From positions 14,578,109-14,634,000 of the forward strand of contig NC_059439.1 in assembly GCF_021028975.2 (NCBI RefSeq): DNA of 55,892 bases, given 5' to 3'. This stretch comes from Sphaerodactylus townsendi (taxonomy: Eukaryota). The notes under the pieces are model-generated. The model did no database searches. It was not told the DNA's origin and worked only from the letters and a program-made list of their open reading frames with translations. Shown here piece after piece: positions 25,917 to 39,506 of the stretch; within the stretch, counting starts at the first letter, position 1, and each line of letters begins with the position of its first letter. The position numbers were made by a program, and so were the translations under genes.

Positions 25917-25969
<53 letters not shown>
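25917..25969 (+). repeat. (AG)n microsatellite
   Basis: About 26 AG units. Confidence 0.95.
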
Positions 25970-25973
<4 letters not shown>

Positions 25974-28859
25974 TCTTTTTCAAACCACTGTAACTTGCGG
26001 CGATTTATCATGTGCCGTTTACATCTAGACCTCACCCTGGTCACCCCCCCAGCCCTTCATGTAGACACCGCTAGACATTTGCTCACACGAGGAGCAGCAA
26101 ATCCAGACACAAACATTTGAGCTCAGAAATAACCAAAACCATATCCATGTTTCCCCAAACACTGGGGAAAGCGCTTGATTTTTAAAACCCAAGAAACTAA
26201 GACGATTTCTTCCTTTTTTTAAAAAAAAAAAGTCATTATAAATCACACATAGCCGTAAGTACACATCCCACCGCGGCATAACAATTTAATCAATCCTAAC
26301 AGCGTGGAAGTATTTCGCCTGAGTTAAAAACCAAAACAATTCCTCCTTAAAATGGGCGTTTTCTTTCTTTCTTTCTTCCTTCCTTCCTTCCTTTCTTCCT
26401 TCCTTTATTTTTTTAATTAATGTGTGGATGGACATTTTCTACAGCTCCAGTTCTAGACTGTGCGAGCCGTGCTTAATGATTACATGACAAAAAATATATT
26501 AACTGCAGAAAATGAAAACCTTGGTCTAGTTAAACTAGTTTTCATGGGGAATTAATCATTGTAAAGTACGGGAAGGAAACCGAAGAGTTCTTGGCTTGGG
26601 CGGTAGATGGCAGCAAACAACGTCGAATGAGGAGAACCAGAGAATACGGAGAAAATAAATTTGACTTTCTGGGTTTTGGGGGGGGGGGGGGGGGGGGAAC
26701 GTGGGGGTGGCTGGACGGAGATAAACAACTTGCTGGTGTTTAAGCGATGAGAATCCAACTATTAGTAACTTAATCTGAAAACGTTTAGGGTCACATCCAC
26801 CTGGAATCCACACCCACCCACCCTCCCAAGCGCAAACCCTACTGAAAACCTGCGGAAGCCAGAGTTTACCAGTGGATTAGAGCAGCAAGAATTTAAACAT
26901 TTACACGGCAAATGTAGAAATTGCAGCTAACCTGGAGAGTAAGATTTATTCGCGGGTCCAATTTATTCAGTAGACGAGGTGGGTGCAGTAGAAAGAGTGC
27001 AAGCAAAACAGCACCGCAAATAAATGTCGAACAGCCATAATTACGTATGAGATACCATAGAAAAATTATCTACAAGTTTTCAGCTTTCTTTCTTATTCTC
27101 ACAGTACCCGGATGTATTTATCACGAAATAGCATTTTTAAAAAGAGGAAGTTAATAGATGAAAGGCATTCTTTTTTTAAAAAAACTGTTTGAAAAGCAAG
27201 ATGTAACTTCTAGATCGCAAGAAATAGCAGTCAGTTCGTAGGTTGTATATACTATGCTGGTTATTCATAAAAAACACACCCACACATTAAAACACATACT
27301 ACAAAATATTCATAGTAGATTTGGCATGTTGTTCGTAAAATATTTGAAAATACCCTTTAAACATTTCGGACGTCTAAAAATATTTCAGTATCTGTGGAGC
27401 CTACAGAAATACATTTGTCCCTGACACAACTTCTCAAGTGTCCAAACAATGGAAAAAAGAAATGCTTCAAATACCCAAAGAGACATTTTCACATACATAC
27501 ACACGCACACTTATTTATATACACATGTACTTTAAAAAAAAATCCATGCAATCAATTCAGCTGGATCGAAGTCCATTTAGTATATTCAATTCCTTTCATT
27601 TCAGCAATTCCTATCTTTAAAAACAAAAGAGAGAGCGAGCTCTATATGTTGTTTTCCATTATTCTGATTTTTTTTAAAAAAAAAAACTAACAACGTTAAT
27701 TTACCCTCTTTTCTCTTCTCTCCTCTTTTCTCCTTAACCCCCCCCCCCCAACAGAACGGCTCTTTGGAAGAAAAAATATATCGTCTATAATTTCTCACCG
27801 AAGACCCTGGAGAGAAGCGTTTGATCCAACTGGTTCCTATACAAAAACTTCGTCAAAAAGAGTGGATTCGTTTGAGGACAGAGCAACTCTGGCAAGATCG
27901 TTATTGGGGGCGGGGAGGGGGGGTTGCGATGGAGAAAAGAAGGGAAAGGGGAAACACGAGAAAGACACCTAGATATTTTTTTAAGTGCTCAAAAGGCGAG
28001 CTTTCTTGGGATGCTGCAGGGATTCTCTTTAGGGACCACATCCAGGTGCCACGAATATTGCAAGGTTCATTTTTTTTAGCACCACCCGGTCCTTCCCATC
28101 TCCCTTCCAACATTCCATGTACTTCTCAAAAAATAAGTCACTTACAGAAAAAGAACCATTCATGCCACATTTCTTCCAGAAAAAACACCCCCTCTCCACC
28201 TTATATATTTTTTTCTGCAGCCTTTTTCAAAGCAGAAAAGGTCTCTTCGGTGGACATCCCCCTTCAATGTAACAGATATCAAATCCTCCAGAAAAAGATA
28301 AAAGAGATTCGCTTACCTTTCGACGCCCATCATCCTGTGGTTAAGGGGAGGAGGAAGAGGAGGAGGAGGAGGAGGAGGAGAAGGGGGAAGAATAGAATTG
28401 TGTTTGCTTTTATGTGCTAGCTGACAAATATTGTCCCAACCTGAGAGCCGTCCATTGCGACTTCGGAAAGCTTTTCCTTTGCCCGAGTCCTTTTTTTTTT
28501 TTTTGCACAGAAAAATGGAGTAACTTCCCTCTTTGGAGTCTGACAAAAAGCCTCCATCCGGTGCAGATTCTCCATCTCTCTCTCTCCATCACTAGACGGA
28601 GAAACACACTCTCTCTCCCCCCCCCTCCCCAAATCAGCATGGAAATGTAGCCCAGAAAATTAGGAAAGGAAGGGGGAGGGGGAAAAATCAATAATAGTCG
28701 CAATCTAAACTCACTGCTGGGTGTGTGTGGGTGTGCGTGTGTGCATATCCGCCTTCTCCTCCTATTTTTAGCCCTATCGAGCTTACACATGTAAGTGAGG
28801 AAAAAAAATGTTAAAAGAGACGCGAGTCCTACAGAGGACGGTGATCCGACCCAAGATAC

Positions 28860-29045
28860 AGCGGCCAAAAGAATGGTAGAATAACCACATGGGAAATCAT
28901 AAAAAGTTCATGTTCACGGTTAGCAGTCCACATGACCAGCTCTGGCCAATCGGAGAACCCAGCCACTCATAAAGTTCTATCACAAAGTTGTAAATTTTCA
29001 TAAAACAACAAGGAATTTATTGCATTTCTTCATGACTGCCTTAAC
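28860..29045 (-). promoter_or_regulatory. HOXB7-HOXB6 intergenic element, probable H8/7-6 four-cluster sequence / distal HOXB6 promoter
   Basis: TCATAAA x3, GTTGTAAATT, TTTATTG, CCAAT, CACATG and AGTTCATGTTCA within 180 bp; position downstream of Hox7 matches the described element. Confidence 0.6.
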
Positions 29046-32000
29046 AGCAGTCTTTTTCTCCGCCGCCATCTTTTCTTTAAAAAAAAAACCCCGAAGAGAA
29101 GAATATGCAAAGATTCTGCACGCCCCCCCCCCCACCACTCCCCGACGGGAATCTCGAACAACCCCTGTTCTAGTAAAGGTTAAAAGAACCTACTTTTATA
29201 AGACTAAAGATTTGCTAGAGCATTTCACTCTCCAAAGGTCCTTGCTATTTTGCTATAGGGTGTGTGTACTGTGTGTGCGTTTTTGTGTGTATATTTATAT
29301 ATTTACTTGGATTATTATTTTTTTAATTACTAAAGAGAGCATTCCGCTCAGGAATCCAGCGATATATTGTTTCGAATGGTCTTTGTTAAGGCAAAGAGCC
29401 TGCTTCGATTATTTCAAACTATTTATTGTTTTCTCCTTAAAGCGGTTGATATTTTGAAATCTAGGCGGTTTCCCTTCTGGAAATTCACCCACAAATTTGT
29501 AAGATTTGACCCCTCCCCTCAACCAGAATGGAATGGATTTGAGTTTTTGGGATAATTATGCAGCGTAAGTTTGCATTTCAGACAGACAGATGGACAGGTA
29601 TGCAATCATATGCCACTCCGTGCGCTCACACAAATTCATGTATGCATGTATGCATGTATGTATGTATATGTCTGTCTGGTGTTACAGATACAGCCATACA
29701 TACGTAATACAGGGAAAGAGAGATGCACAGGCGCAGTACTGCACCCAGATGCGTCCACTACCGCAGTGGCACATGCCACGGAAACAATAGTAGCGCCCCA
29801 ATGCAGCAAAATCGTCAGAGGTGGGCGAACGGGGTCCAGTTGCTACTTGGGAAAGGTCTGTTGGATTAAGATCCACTTTGCCAAGGAAACAGCAATATTT
29901 GTTTTCGTTGGTGTTTTTATTTTATTTTTTTAAGGAGGAAACATAGTACCGCACGTTAGTATCTGCAATGGGCTTGCTATGCATGGTTACACAGGCGGGC
30001 AGAGCTGCAGGTAAACCCGCAAACACTCAATGGCACGGCAGCGGGTAGCCACTCCATACCCAAATCTCAGAATCAGAATAGACCGACCATTTTGCTCATA
30101 GGTCGTTTTATTTGGGCCTGATATTTGCAGGAAGCATCTATTCAGTGTGAATTTGTGAATGTGTGTACCTTATTTGTGTCTACAGAACACACGCTGCGGA
30201 TAGGTAACAACACACAGGCGCGTCCACAGGTATGGACAATTTATGCCCATTCACACGAATACGTAAACACAAACCCCGGCTGTGTGTTTAGGGGTGTTTA
30301 GTGCCTCTCTAAGAAGAGATCTATCTAACATCTACCTGACAGATTATCTGTGTAAACATCGGTCAGAAGTGTTGTTTTTTTCTGGCAAATATTTTATTTG
30401 AAATGTTAGGTTTTTCTGTGAAAGATTCAACTGGAAATGCATTTTTTTCCCAGCACATTTTTTAAAGAGCTGTCAATATATAATAGCGAGGACTCCTTCC
30501 TTTTCTTTCGAAAGTTTATCTGTACCTTTATTAAAAATCCTTTGCAGGCAGGAAGAATATTGTCTTTAAAAGTGATTGTTGTTAGGGAAAGGTAGATTTT
30601 AAAATATCGCCAAAATACCAAGTACTTCCAATTTGTTTATGTGGGTATAGAAAGGAAAGCAAAGACAAATCCATTTGCAACCCCAACCGTAGCCTGTTTT
30701 ATTTTCCATTATTCCACCTTAGAGGCTAAAGCTATATCCAATACATCCCGGAGACTGTAGAATCTTGCCATTCAAGCTTCTCATTTAAAAAAATAAAATA
30801 AAATAAAGGATATATTGATATCATCTAAAATTGGTTGTTTTACCATGCAGGTTCCCTGCACTTTATTGCTTCCATTTATTTTATATTCGTTTTTATGTTC
30901 AGCCTTATTTGTCTCTAATGGAAAAAGTGTGGTGTGCCCCCCCCCCCGCACATAAAATTATTAAAGTTGTGAGAAGGGGGGATGCTGAACACGACAATCC
31001 CAAGGCTTGGCTCTATTCCTTTGCTTCCTCCCACCGGAAAGGTATTATTTAGTGGGTATTATTGTTGTTATTTCTCCTTGTTGTTGTTCTTCTTCTACTT
31101 CTTCAGTGGGTATTGTTATTTCTTCTTCTTCTCCTCCTCCTCCTCTTTCCTCCCTCTTTGCTTCTTGGAGGAGGCAGCTCAGAGAGCGGTCTATGAGTTA
31201 AGCCCACCTAATGAACATGTATTTTTTTTAGCAACCTCCATACCCTATTTTATAATACAGTGGGGTTAGCACCATGATTTTACATTGTGGAGCTTCAGTT
31301 GAAGCATATACGTATTTTTACACTGCACTGCACGGATGATGCTGGACAGCACAGGAGTAAACAGGAAATCGTTTCAGCAAGAAAATTCCATTTGAAATGT
31401 GTATAAATTAACCTTAAACCATGCCAGTTTAGCAGGAAGTTCTCCTGCACGCTGAGCAAGGCCCCGTGAAGCAGTACACTTGCAAGGGTCCTTGGTTTAC
31501 ACAAGCAATCCCAGCACGGATTGTTCCCATTCAACCCATGGCAGGAGGCACGCACACACAAACATAAGGCGCGCACCCCCACCCCCCAAAAAGACCCAAC
31601 TCATTTCAGGTTATATTCAGTAAGATTATTTTTAATGAAACTTCCCCCCCTCCCCTTCTACGCATAGTAATCACAAAATACAAATAAAAAGGCTCGGCCA
31701 ACTATTAAATTATTTGCTGCCTATCATATACATCGGTTTACTCCGCACAATATTAATTTCGGTTTTTCTGTAGCGACTGTCTTAAGAAAGTGGTCCATTG
31801 TCGAACATGTCAAAAATATACACCAACATAAACAAACAAGCAAAAATAATAATGATGGTGAAATACAGCACGGGTAATCAGACTAGAGGCACAAATCTAC
31901 CGAGAGGGGAGAAGAGAAATACAGGAATCTCATAGAATTATGTACATCATTTTATGTTTATGCATTGTGTTACCTTCATAGGTTTGGAATTCGTGTTTCC

Positions 32001-32247
32001 TAAAGAAAAGTGCTACACACATTCACTTTTTTTCACTTCATATACCACTTTTTTTAAAAAAAATTACACAACAAAAGAATCTTAAAAAAAAAAACCAACA
32101 AGAACATTTACAAATACATTGACTAGATATGAAGACCCCACATAGGAAAACCAAATTATCTATATTTGATTCTAAGGAGACATTGAATAGGTAGATTTAT
32201 TTTCATGTTTGTTGTCCAAAAGAAAAAAAAAGTGAGACATGTTAATA

Positions 32248-32257
32248 TAGGTAGTTT
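32248..32257 (-). promoter_or_regulatory. miR-196 8mer target site in HOXB7 3'UTR
   Basis: mRNA AAACUACCUA is complementary to miR-196 nt 1-10 (UAGGUAGUUU). A second 7mer-A1 site is at 32188-32194. Confidence 0.75.
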
Positions 32258-32478
32258 TCCGAGAGTCAAGAAACAGAAGAGATCATCCATTCAGTTTGCC
32301 TGGATGTATTTCGTTTCGTTTCTTGTTTCATGTACAGTCTTTATTCGTTATTTATTTATTCATTCATTTATTTATTATCCGTTCCTTGCTTTAACGTTCT
32401 GGACAGTGCAGTCTATCTGTGCCTCACACTTTCTTTCACTCGCACTCTCTTTCCACCCTCCCCTATCCCACCCCCCCT

Positions 32479-32739
<261 letters not shown>

Positions 32740-35700
32740 TTAAAAAAGAAAACGGGAAAAAAGTACCCAGTGAGTTCTCTTTAGTGTGCTTGATGTACAT
32801 GCTTATTTTTATATTATATAGGACACATTATTTTATCCGTGTCTGGATTCGCTGAGCCATTTATTGGTCAAGTCTCTCTAGGCTGAACAAANNNNNNNNN
32901 NNNNNNNNNNNNNNNNNNNNNNNNNNNNNNNNNNNNNNNNNNNNNNNNNNNNNNNNNNNNNNNNNNNNNNNNNNNNNNNNNNNNNNNNNNNNNNNNNNNN
33001 NNNNNNNNNNNNNNNNNNNNNNNNNNNNNNNNNNNNNNNNNNNNNNNNCATGGCTTGTGCCACTGTTATACATATATCTTGAAAAGTCACTTGACCTGTC
33101 AACTTTATAAGCCTCAAAATATGTCCCTTTTTATCAGCTGTGCAGGGAATGTGTATAGGATTGCATTCACAGGACTGCATAAGGGGTTACTTTAAACTAC
33201 ATGCCCTCTCACACCACGAAATGCTTTTTTGCGGTTTGTATGTGCACAGGGGTTGTATGTGTATATAGGGGCTATTTCTATTCACTTAGCTGTGGCTCTA
33301 TGCAGCCTTGTTTGCGAGAATAAAACTAAATGATAAGTCATTTGAAGGAAGCATTTCTTTATTCCCTCATTCCGGCCAGCTTTCCCCATCCAGTAGCTGT
33401 AGAAGCAATAATTTAACAATGATGTGTATATAATCTCATTTCCTTCCTAACTCAGATTATATGCATGTTTGAGGTGTCTGGGGCAGAGAGGTCTTTGCTG
33501 TCTTTTTAAAATTATTATTTATTAGGGAGTTCGGAAGCTGGATAAGTTGGTTGACATGGGAATTCCTCAAAGCCTGCTTTTGACCACAACTATTTCCCCC
33601 AGTATCCAAACTAAATCTCGAGTTTAAGCCAGCGGTGCATTTTTCCCCATGGTTGCTTGGAGTCCTCCTGTGGGGATGGTCCTGAAAAGAAGATCTGGCA
33701 CTCTTTGCTCAGGAAGAGAGAAAAGTTTGTTTGTATATTTTGCCCCTCCTGCGCCATTGAAAGCCACCCTTTCATATTAATCAGAAAACTCCACTGAAGC
33801 TTTTGGTGTTTCTGCTGTTTACCGGGAAAAGGTGGGCAGAGAGTATCTTCTTTTTAAGAAAGGGACAGCCGAAAAGCCAGCCCGGCTGTAAAAGGGATTG
33901 GGGGTGGGGGGATGTTTAAGACGTCTGTGGAATGCGGGGGTTGTAAAATCTGTTCAACAGAGCGCTATAAACTCCCCTTGAATGGGGAGACCAAGACACA
34001 GTCTCCTTTCGCCAACGGAATCTCCCCTATCTATCCCAAGACCAGACAAGGAAGATGAAAACAGGAGTCATGGGGTGGGGGGAGGCGAGAAGAGAAAAGG
34101 CCTGTTTGGAAGGCCGGCTTAAGTGGTGAGAACTGGCAGAGAATCCCCTGCGAACTGCACTGAGCTGGAGACGTCTGAATCTTTTCCGACCCCCACCCCC
34201 CACCCAGTCTGTCCCCCCCACCCAGTAGCTCGTGTTTTGAAAACCTTGAAGGAAAGAAGAGGACCATTCTTAAACTGGTCTCCTCCCACACCTGGACACA
34301 TGAAAACAACACCCTGGACTTTGATCAATCATCTGTAAACCCCATTTATAAATCAGGTGAAATAGAAAGGCAAAACACCTTTAGTCTTCAAGACTACCCC
34401 TGGATGCACCTCCCCTGTGACCCCCTTCCCCAGATATCTCTCCTGCTTTCGGACAACCTGTATACAGACCCCGTCTGGAATTCCAGCCCTCCCTTCATTC
34501 CAGAGCGTATTAAAAAGTTACTCTGGACTTGATGGTTCTGTAAAGACAACTTCTTAACATCGTAGAATTGGGGAGGAGGGATTGGTAAGCAGAAAAGTGT
34601 TTGGTAGGAAGCAAAATTGTATAGGATATTTATAAAGTAGGTATGGGGTGGTCTGATTGCATTTGGGTAGAGGGCTGGATAGCTAGATCTTCCTACCACC
34701 CTATTGTGTGTGTGTTCTCAAGCATAGAAACCAAAGGGATTTAGCAACTGGCTTTTGTTTTATTTTTGTTGGTTTTTTGCAGCACAATCCTAAAAGACCA
34801 TTGGCTTCTGTTTAGGAGGCGCTGTGAATTTCTTTGGCTTTTCCCTCCCTAAAACATTTCCCTCTTTGAAATCAGGTTTGCTGTATTTTAGGAACACCTA
34901 TCCCTGTCTGTTGGGTTTCCAAGTAATAACACACCTGAGAGAAAGGTCAAGGATCTGGATATCCTATATTCTACCCTCCCTTTTTGTGATGTTTTTGTTC
35001 GTGCTAATAAATATATTAATTTTCTATTGGAGGTTTTGTTCTGGGAAGGAGGGCAGGTTTGACTGAAGCAGCAACCAGTAATCTAAATTTATCAGGACAG
35101 TCTAAATATACACATGAAAGGTGAGGGGGGCAGTAGCTACTGTTTTGAGATGAGGTCTGTAAAGTCTCTCTTCACAGGAAACTTTTTAATGTCTGTGGGG
35201 AGGGGGATCTAAGTATCTATATCAGGTTTTTCTGATTTTTCTATCCTACCTGTTATTTCCCGAACAACCTGACACTTAATGGAAACTAATCCACCGAGGT
35301 GATATCCCCGCCCCACCATTGTTTTGAATCAAGCCCCAGGAAACCTCCAAAGTTTTCCTGCTAATAAAATGCATTATTTCACCGATTTGTCCGTTTGGCT
35401 TATTGAAAGGGAATGGGGCCAGTCTCGCCAAACCAGGCAAAGATGCGGAAACCGAATCTACGATCATTCACGAATGCACCCCTTCCCTTTCCGTTTACAC
35501 CTGACTGCCCCATGAAGCTAATGATGTGGACTAACTTTAATAAGGAAAATAATAACAAAAGCTGCAGCAGGTGGACACAGAGAAGATGCTGGTCGAAATG
35601 AAAAAAAAAAAAACACTACCCGAATCATCCTGATAACGCAATCCTTAAGCATTTGCCGGGCCACGACCAAACACGTATGGTTTCTGACACCTTCACACAT

Positions 35701-36478
35701 GTAAGCAATCACGTTTGTGCTCCTAAACTGAACATGGACACTTGGAGAAAGTTTGGGGAAAGCGCTGGGTTTTGTTACCCTCTCCTCTGGTTTGCTCCAT
35801 TCATTTCGGTTGCCTTTTCCGGGCGAGGGGGGGGAGGCAGTTAACGCCATGGGTATTCTGCGGGTTCTGATGCCCACGAGGGGAAGAGACTCAAGATTTG
35901 TGTCCTGCGCTTGAAACCCCAGGGCCGAAGAATTGCCCTTCATAGCGCGGGCTCAGCCCGTGCAAAAGCTCTCAGACCTCGCAAGAAATCTCTGGTTTTT
36001 TTCGCGCAAACGCACGCCGCTGCCCCCTCCCCACAATTGCGCCCCTCTACTCTTTCCCTCATCCAACCAAACAGAAGCTTAGACCTGGAAGAAAGGCGAC
36101 AGACCGCAGCTTCCTGAACCAAATTGCTAGGATGGAAAAAAGAAAGGGGGGAGGAGAGAGGGGGCTGAATAAGAGCCCCCCCCCATGAAATATGTAACTC
36201 TGCCTGCAGAGTTGCTTGGGGGAAGTCAAGCGGCCCGATGCATATTTGATTATTTATTTATTTTCCCGGGGGGGGGGTCGCCGCCGTGCGGAGGTCTCCG
36301 GGCGCGGAGGGAGAGAGGGGGGACGAGCAGACAGACGTCATGAAAGGAGATGAGAGGACAGCCCCCCCCCAACTTCCCCTCCCCTCCGAATCATTTACAT
36401 CCTCCTTCTCCCCCACGGTTTCCCCCCAGCCCACCCCACAGACGCTCAGCCCCTCCGGCCTGGCAGGACCCTCCTCAC

Positions 36479-36878
36479 CTGTGCTGCGCATCCAGGGGTA
36501 GATCCGCAAGTTGCTTTCCTGGCGCAGCTCCGCGTCCCGCTGGTCGCTTTTGTTGCAGCCGCCTTTGGCCCCGTCCGCCGGACACATCACGGAGAGGTTT
36601 TGCTCGAAGGGGGAACAGTGCATGTTGAAGGAGCCGGCTTCCAGGCCGTAGCTGCCGGAGTACATGCCGGGCCCTTGGGGGTGCATGCCGCCCCCGTTGG
36701 GGTACAGTCCCGGCATGGAAGCGGCGAAAGAGGCCGTCGAGCCGGAGCCATAGCCGGGGCGCTGCGCGTTGGAAGTGAAGGCGCAAGAAGTTTGCTCGGA
36801 AAAGACTCCGGAGGGGAAAACCGAATTTGCGGCCTGATATTTAGAAAATAAAGCATTCGCATAATACAATGAACTCAT
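36479..36878 (-). CDS. HOXB7: Homeobox protein Hox-B7, coding exon 1
   Basis: [14 protein letters not shown]...[11 protein letters not shown]. Donor ACA G|GTGAGG. 400+254 nt = 217 aa plus stop. Confidence 0.96.
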
Positions 36879-36889
36879 AATCTGGCCGG

Positions 36890-37045
36890 GTGATTTGTAG
36901 GCCGGGACGTTTTAGTGTCGGTTTTACGAGGTACCGTGATATATTACGGAATTAGACTCCAGATTTACACCAAAAAGGACCCCCTTTTTCCTCCCTGTGG
37001 CCATGTGACTCGGGCCCACGTGATCCGGGCGCCGCCAATCCACGC
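36890..37045 (-). promoter_or_regulatory. HOXB7 promoter (E-box, CCAAT, YY1-like, Hox sites)
   Basis: CACGTG at 37017-37022, CCAAT at 37035-37039, GCCAT and TTTTACGAG; consistent with the known USF/NF-Y/YY1 control of HOXB7. Confidence 0.65.
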
Positions 37046-38713
37046 CGGGTTTCCTCCCTCCCTTCCACCTCCCCCCCCCTCAAGTTGTCCCCCTTTGCAA
37101 TGTGGGAAAGGGGCAAAAAATTATATATATATAATTTTTTCATATATATATATGAAAACCCACTGCGTTCCAGAGTCCTGCACGGGGTTTTTTCAAATGC
37201 GGGGCGTTATTGATGAATGGAGGCCCAGACCTCCCCAGGCACGGGAGTGCAAGAGAAGGAAGGCGCCCAGCGGCCGCTGAAGCCAGCGGTGGTGGCAGCT
37301 GCTCCAGGCAGACTCGCAGGAAACAAGCGGGGGTGCGGGGGGAAGCGAAGGGGAGGAAGACGGGAGAGAGCTAAGAAAGAGGGAGAAAAACTCAGAAGGG
37401 AGAAAGCTGGAGTCTGATCCGGACGGAGAGGGAAAAGGGGGGGGGGAGGGAAGACAGCGATCTGGCTCTATTATGGAAGTCGAGGCGGGCACCAGAAGTT
37501 CTCCCGGCTGCAATGCATGAGCGCTCTCCTGTCCCCTGCGCTTTCATGTTTGGCAGGAGAACTTCCCGCAGGTTTCCCCCCCCCCCGCCCCCGCGCCAGT
37601 TTCCCTACAAGACACGGGAACACCGCAGTCTTCCTTGGATAGCCACTGGGTGCAGGCTCCTCTGCATCTTAGTCCCTGTCTCCAGTTTATCACCTGCTTG
37701 AGGGGGGGGGGGAGCTAGCCCTCCCGCTCCCGCGGCCTCTAGGCGAATATCTTGAACACTAGCACGTTCCCCGGGCTCTGGCATCGCCCCCCAACACCTC
37801 CACATCCCCCCCCCCGCCAAATAATACTACACGTTCCACCCGATATTATCCCCCTCCCTTCTCAGCAGCGCTGAGCTCCATAAGTAATTTATTCCACAGC
37901 CACGGGCGCTGGGGCTCCGAGCTGCCTTTTCTCTCGCTCTCCCCCCTCCTCCTGGTGGCGGAAAGGGAGGGGGGAAGAGGAGGAAAGATTACAACAGATC
38001 TCTATTTAAGCGTGTCAGCTCTTCTGCTGGACTCAATTACAGCGAAGAGGAAAATGTGACCAGCTGGTGACTGCTTTCTGCTGGGGAAGCAGGGATGGCA
38101 TCCAAAAAACAAAGCGGGGGCGGGGGGGGGAGAGGAAAGGATAGGAAAGAAAATGAAAGAAAGGAAAAAAGNNNNNNNNNNNNNNNNNNNNNNNNNNNNN
38201 NNNNNNNNNNNNNNNNNNNNNNNNNNNNNNNNNNNNNNNNNNNNNNNNNNNNNNNNNNNNNNNNNNNNNNNNNNNNNNNNNNNNNNNNNNNNNNNNNNNN
38301 NNNNNNNNNNNNNNNNNNNNNNNNNNNNNNNNNNNNNNNNNNNNNNNNNNNNNNNNNNNNNNNNNNNNNNNNNNNNNNNNNNNNNNNNNNNNNNNNNNNN
38401 NNNNNNNNNNNNNNNNNNNNNNNNNNNNNNNNNNNNNNNNNNNNNNNNNNNNNNNNNNNNNNNNNNNNNNNNNNNNNNNNNNNNNNNNNNNNNNNNNNNN
38501 NNNNNNNNNNNNNNNNNNNNNNNNNNNNNNTTCACTGAAAGTTTTTAAGGTTAGGCAGCAAACCAGGGCAGAGGGGAGAAGGGAAGGTGTATCCATCCTG
38601 TAGTCCTGGAAGGGTAACTGTGTGACTGAGAGATGGGGAGGATGACCCCATATGAGCTGGGAAGGGGGTAGGATCCAGCAGCTCCCATATACACATGCAC
38701 ACATGCAAGCAGA

Positions 38714-38716
<3 letters not shown>

Positions 38717-38775
<59 letters not shown>
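38717..38775 (+). repeat. (TG)n microsatellite
   Basis: About 29 TG units. Confidence 0.95.
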
Positions 38776-38778
<3 letters not shown>

Positions 38779-39072
38779 AAAGCAAAAACATCCATTCTTC
38801 CTGGAAAGCTCACAGAAGAGATGATAATAACACCCTTTGCAACCTCCAGTGCTCTCTCCCTGCCCCTCACTCCATGCTTAAGGTGGATTTTGCACCACCA
38901 GCCCCAAGATGCTTCTCAGTCCTTCCCAAAGCTATCTCCCATCACAGTCGGTGGGGGGTGTTGTTTGGCTGGATTCAAGAAAGAAAGAACTCGCCCCTTC
39001 AAGACTTCCCGGAGGAAAAGTTAAGCCTGATGAAGAAAGAACCATGTCAGGGGGAAATTGTGACTTGTAAAC

Positions 39073-39078
39073 TTTATT
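39073..39078 (-). terminator. Probable HOXB8 polyadenylation signal
   Basis: AATAAA on the minus strand ~1.1 kb after the stop, downstream of the miR-196 site. Confidence 0.55.
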
Positions 39079-39484
39079 GTAACTCCTTTCTTCCACCGCT
39101 TCCAGCTTCAACAATAGAACAAAGTGAAGAAGAGGACAAAATATAGCATTAGTTTCCCCGCCCCCCATAAAGTAATTCACATATACAGTATACATTTCCT
39201 TCTTTGTTCACAGTAAACCTAAGGGGAGAGGGAGAAATAAAACCCAAAAAAACCGAGGGGGGGGGGGAAGCACTTTTTACAACTTGTTCCACTGTGTGCA
39301 TGCTAACTAAATAGAGAGAGGAGAGAGAGAGAGAAGAAGAGAGAGAGAGAGAGAGAGAGGAAGAGGCTCTCTTTTTAATTTTTAAGACAGACATTTAAAA
39401 AGACAAACGCATAAACAAAGCAAAATCGGAAGAAGCCAAAAGGGAGTCAACTTTGAAAAATAAAGGAAACAACTACATCAGAAA

Positions 39485-39506
39485 TAGGCAGTTTCATGTT
39501 GTCGGG
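39485..39506 (-). promoter_or_regulatory. Near-perfect miR-196 complementary (slicing) site in HOXB8 3'UTR
   Basis: mRNA CCCGACAACAUGAAACUGCCUA pairs along all 22 nt of miR-196a (UAGGUAGUUUCAUGUUGUUGGG) with G:U wobbles at miRNA positions 5 and 19. Confidence 0.92.

Noticed and set aside
27821-28420. 199-aa plus-strand ORF with a poly-Arg tail
   Set aside because: TTG start, driven by a (GAG)n repeat, no recognisable domain.
37940-37962. Possible CTCF motif (CCGCCACCAGGAGGAGG, minus strand); another at ~21597-21615
   Set aside because: The 3' half deviates from consensus and there is no upstream module; too weak to call without scoring.
39485-39506. Plus-strand sequence nearly identical to mature miR-196, a possible miRNA gene
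   Set aside because: No star arm or hairpin in the flanks. It is the antisense image of the HOXB8 target site; miR-196a-1 is expected 5' of HOXB9, outside the window.
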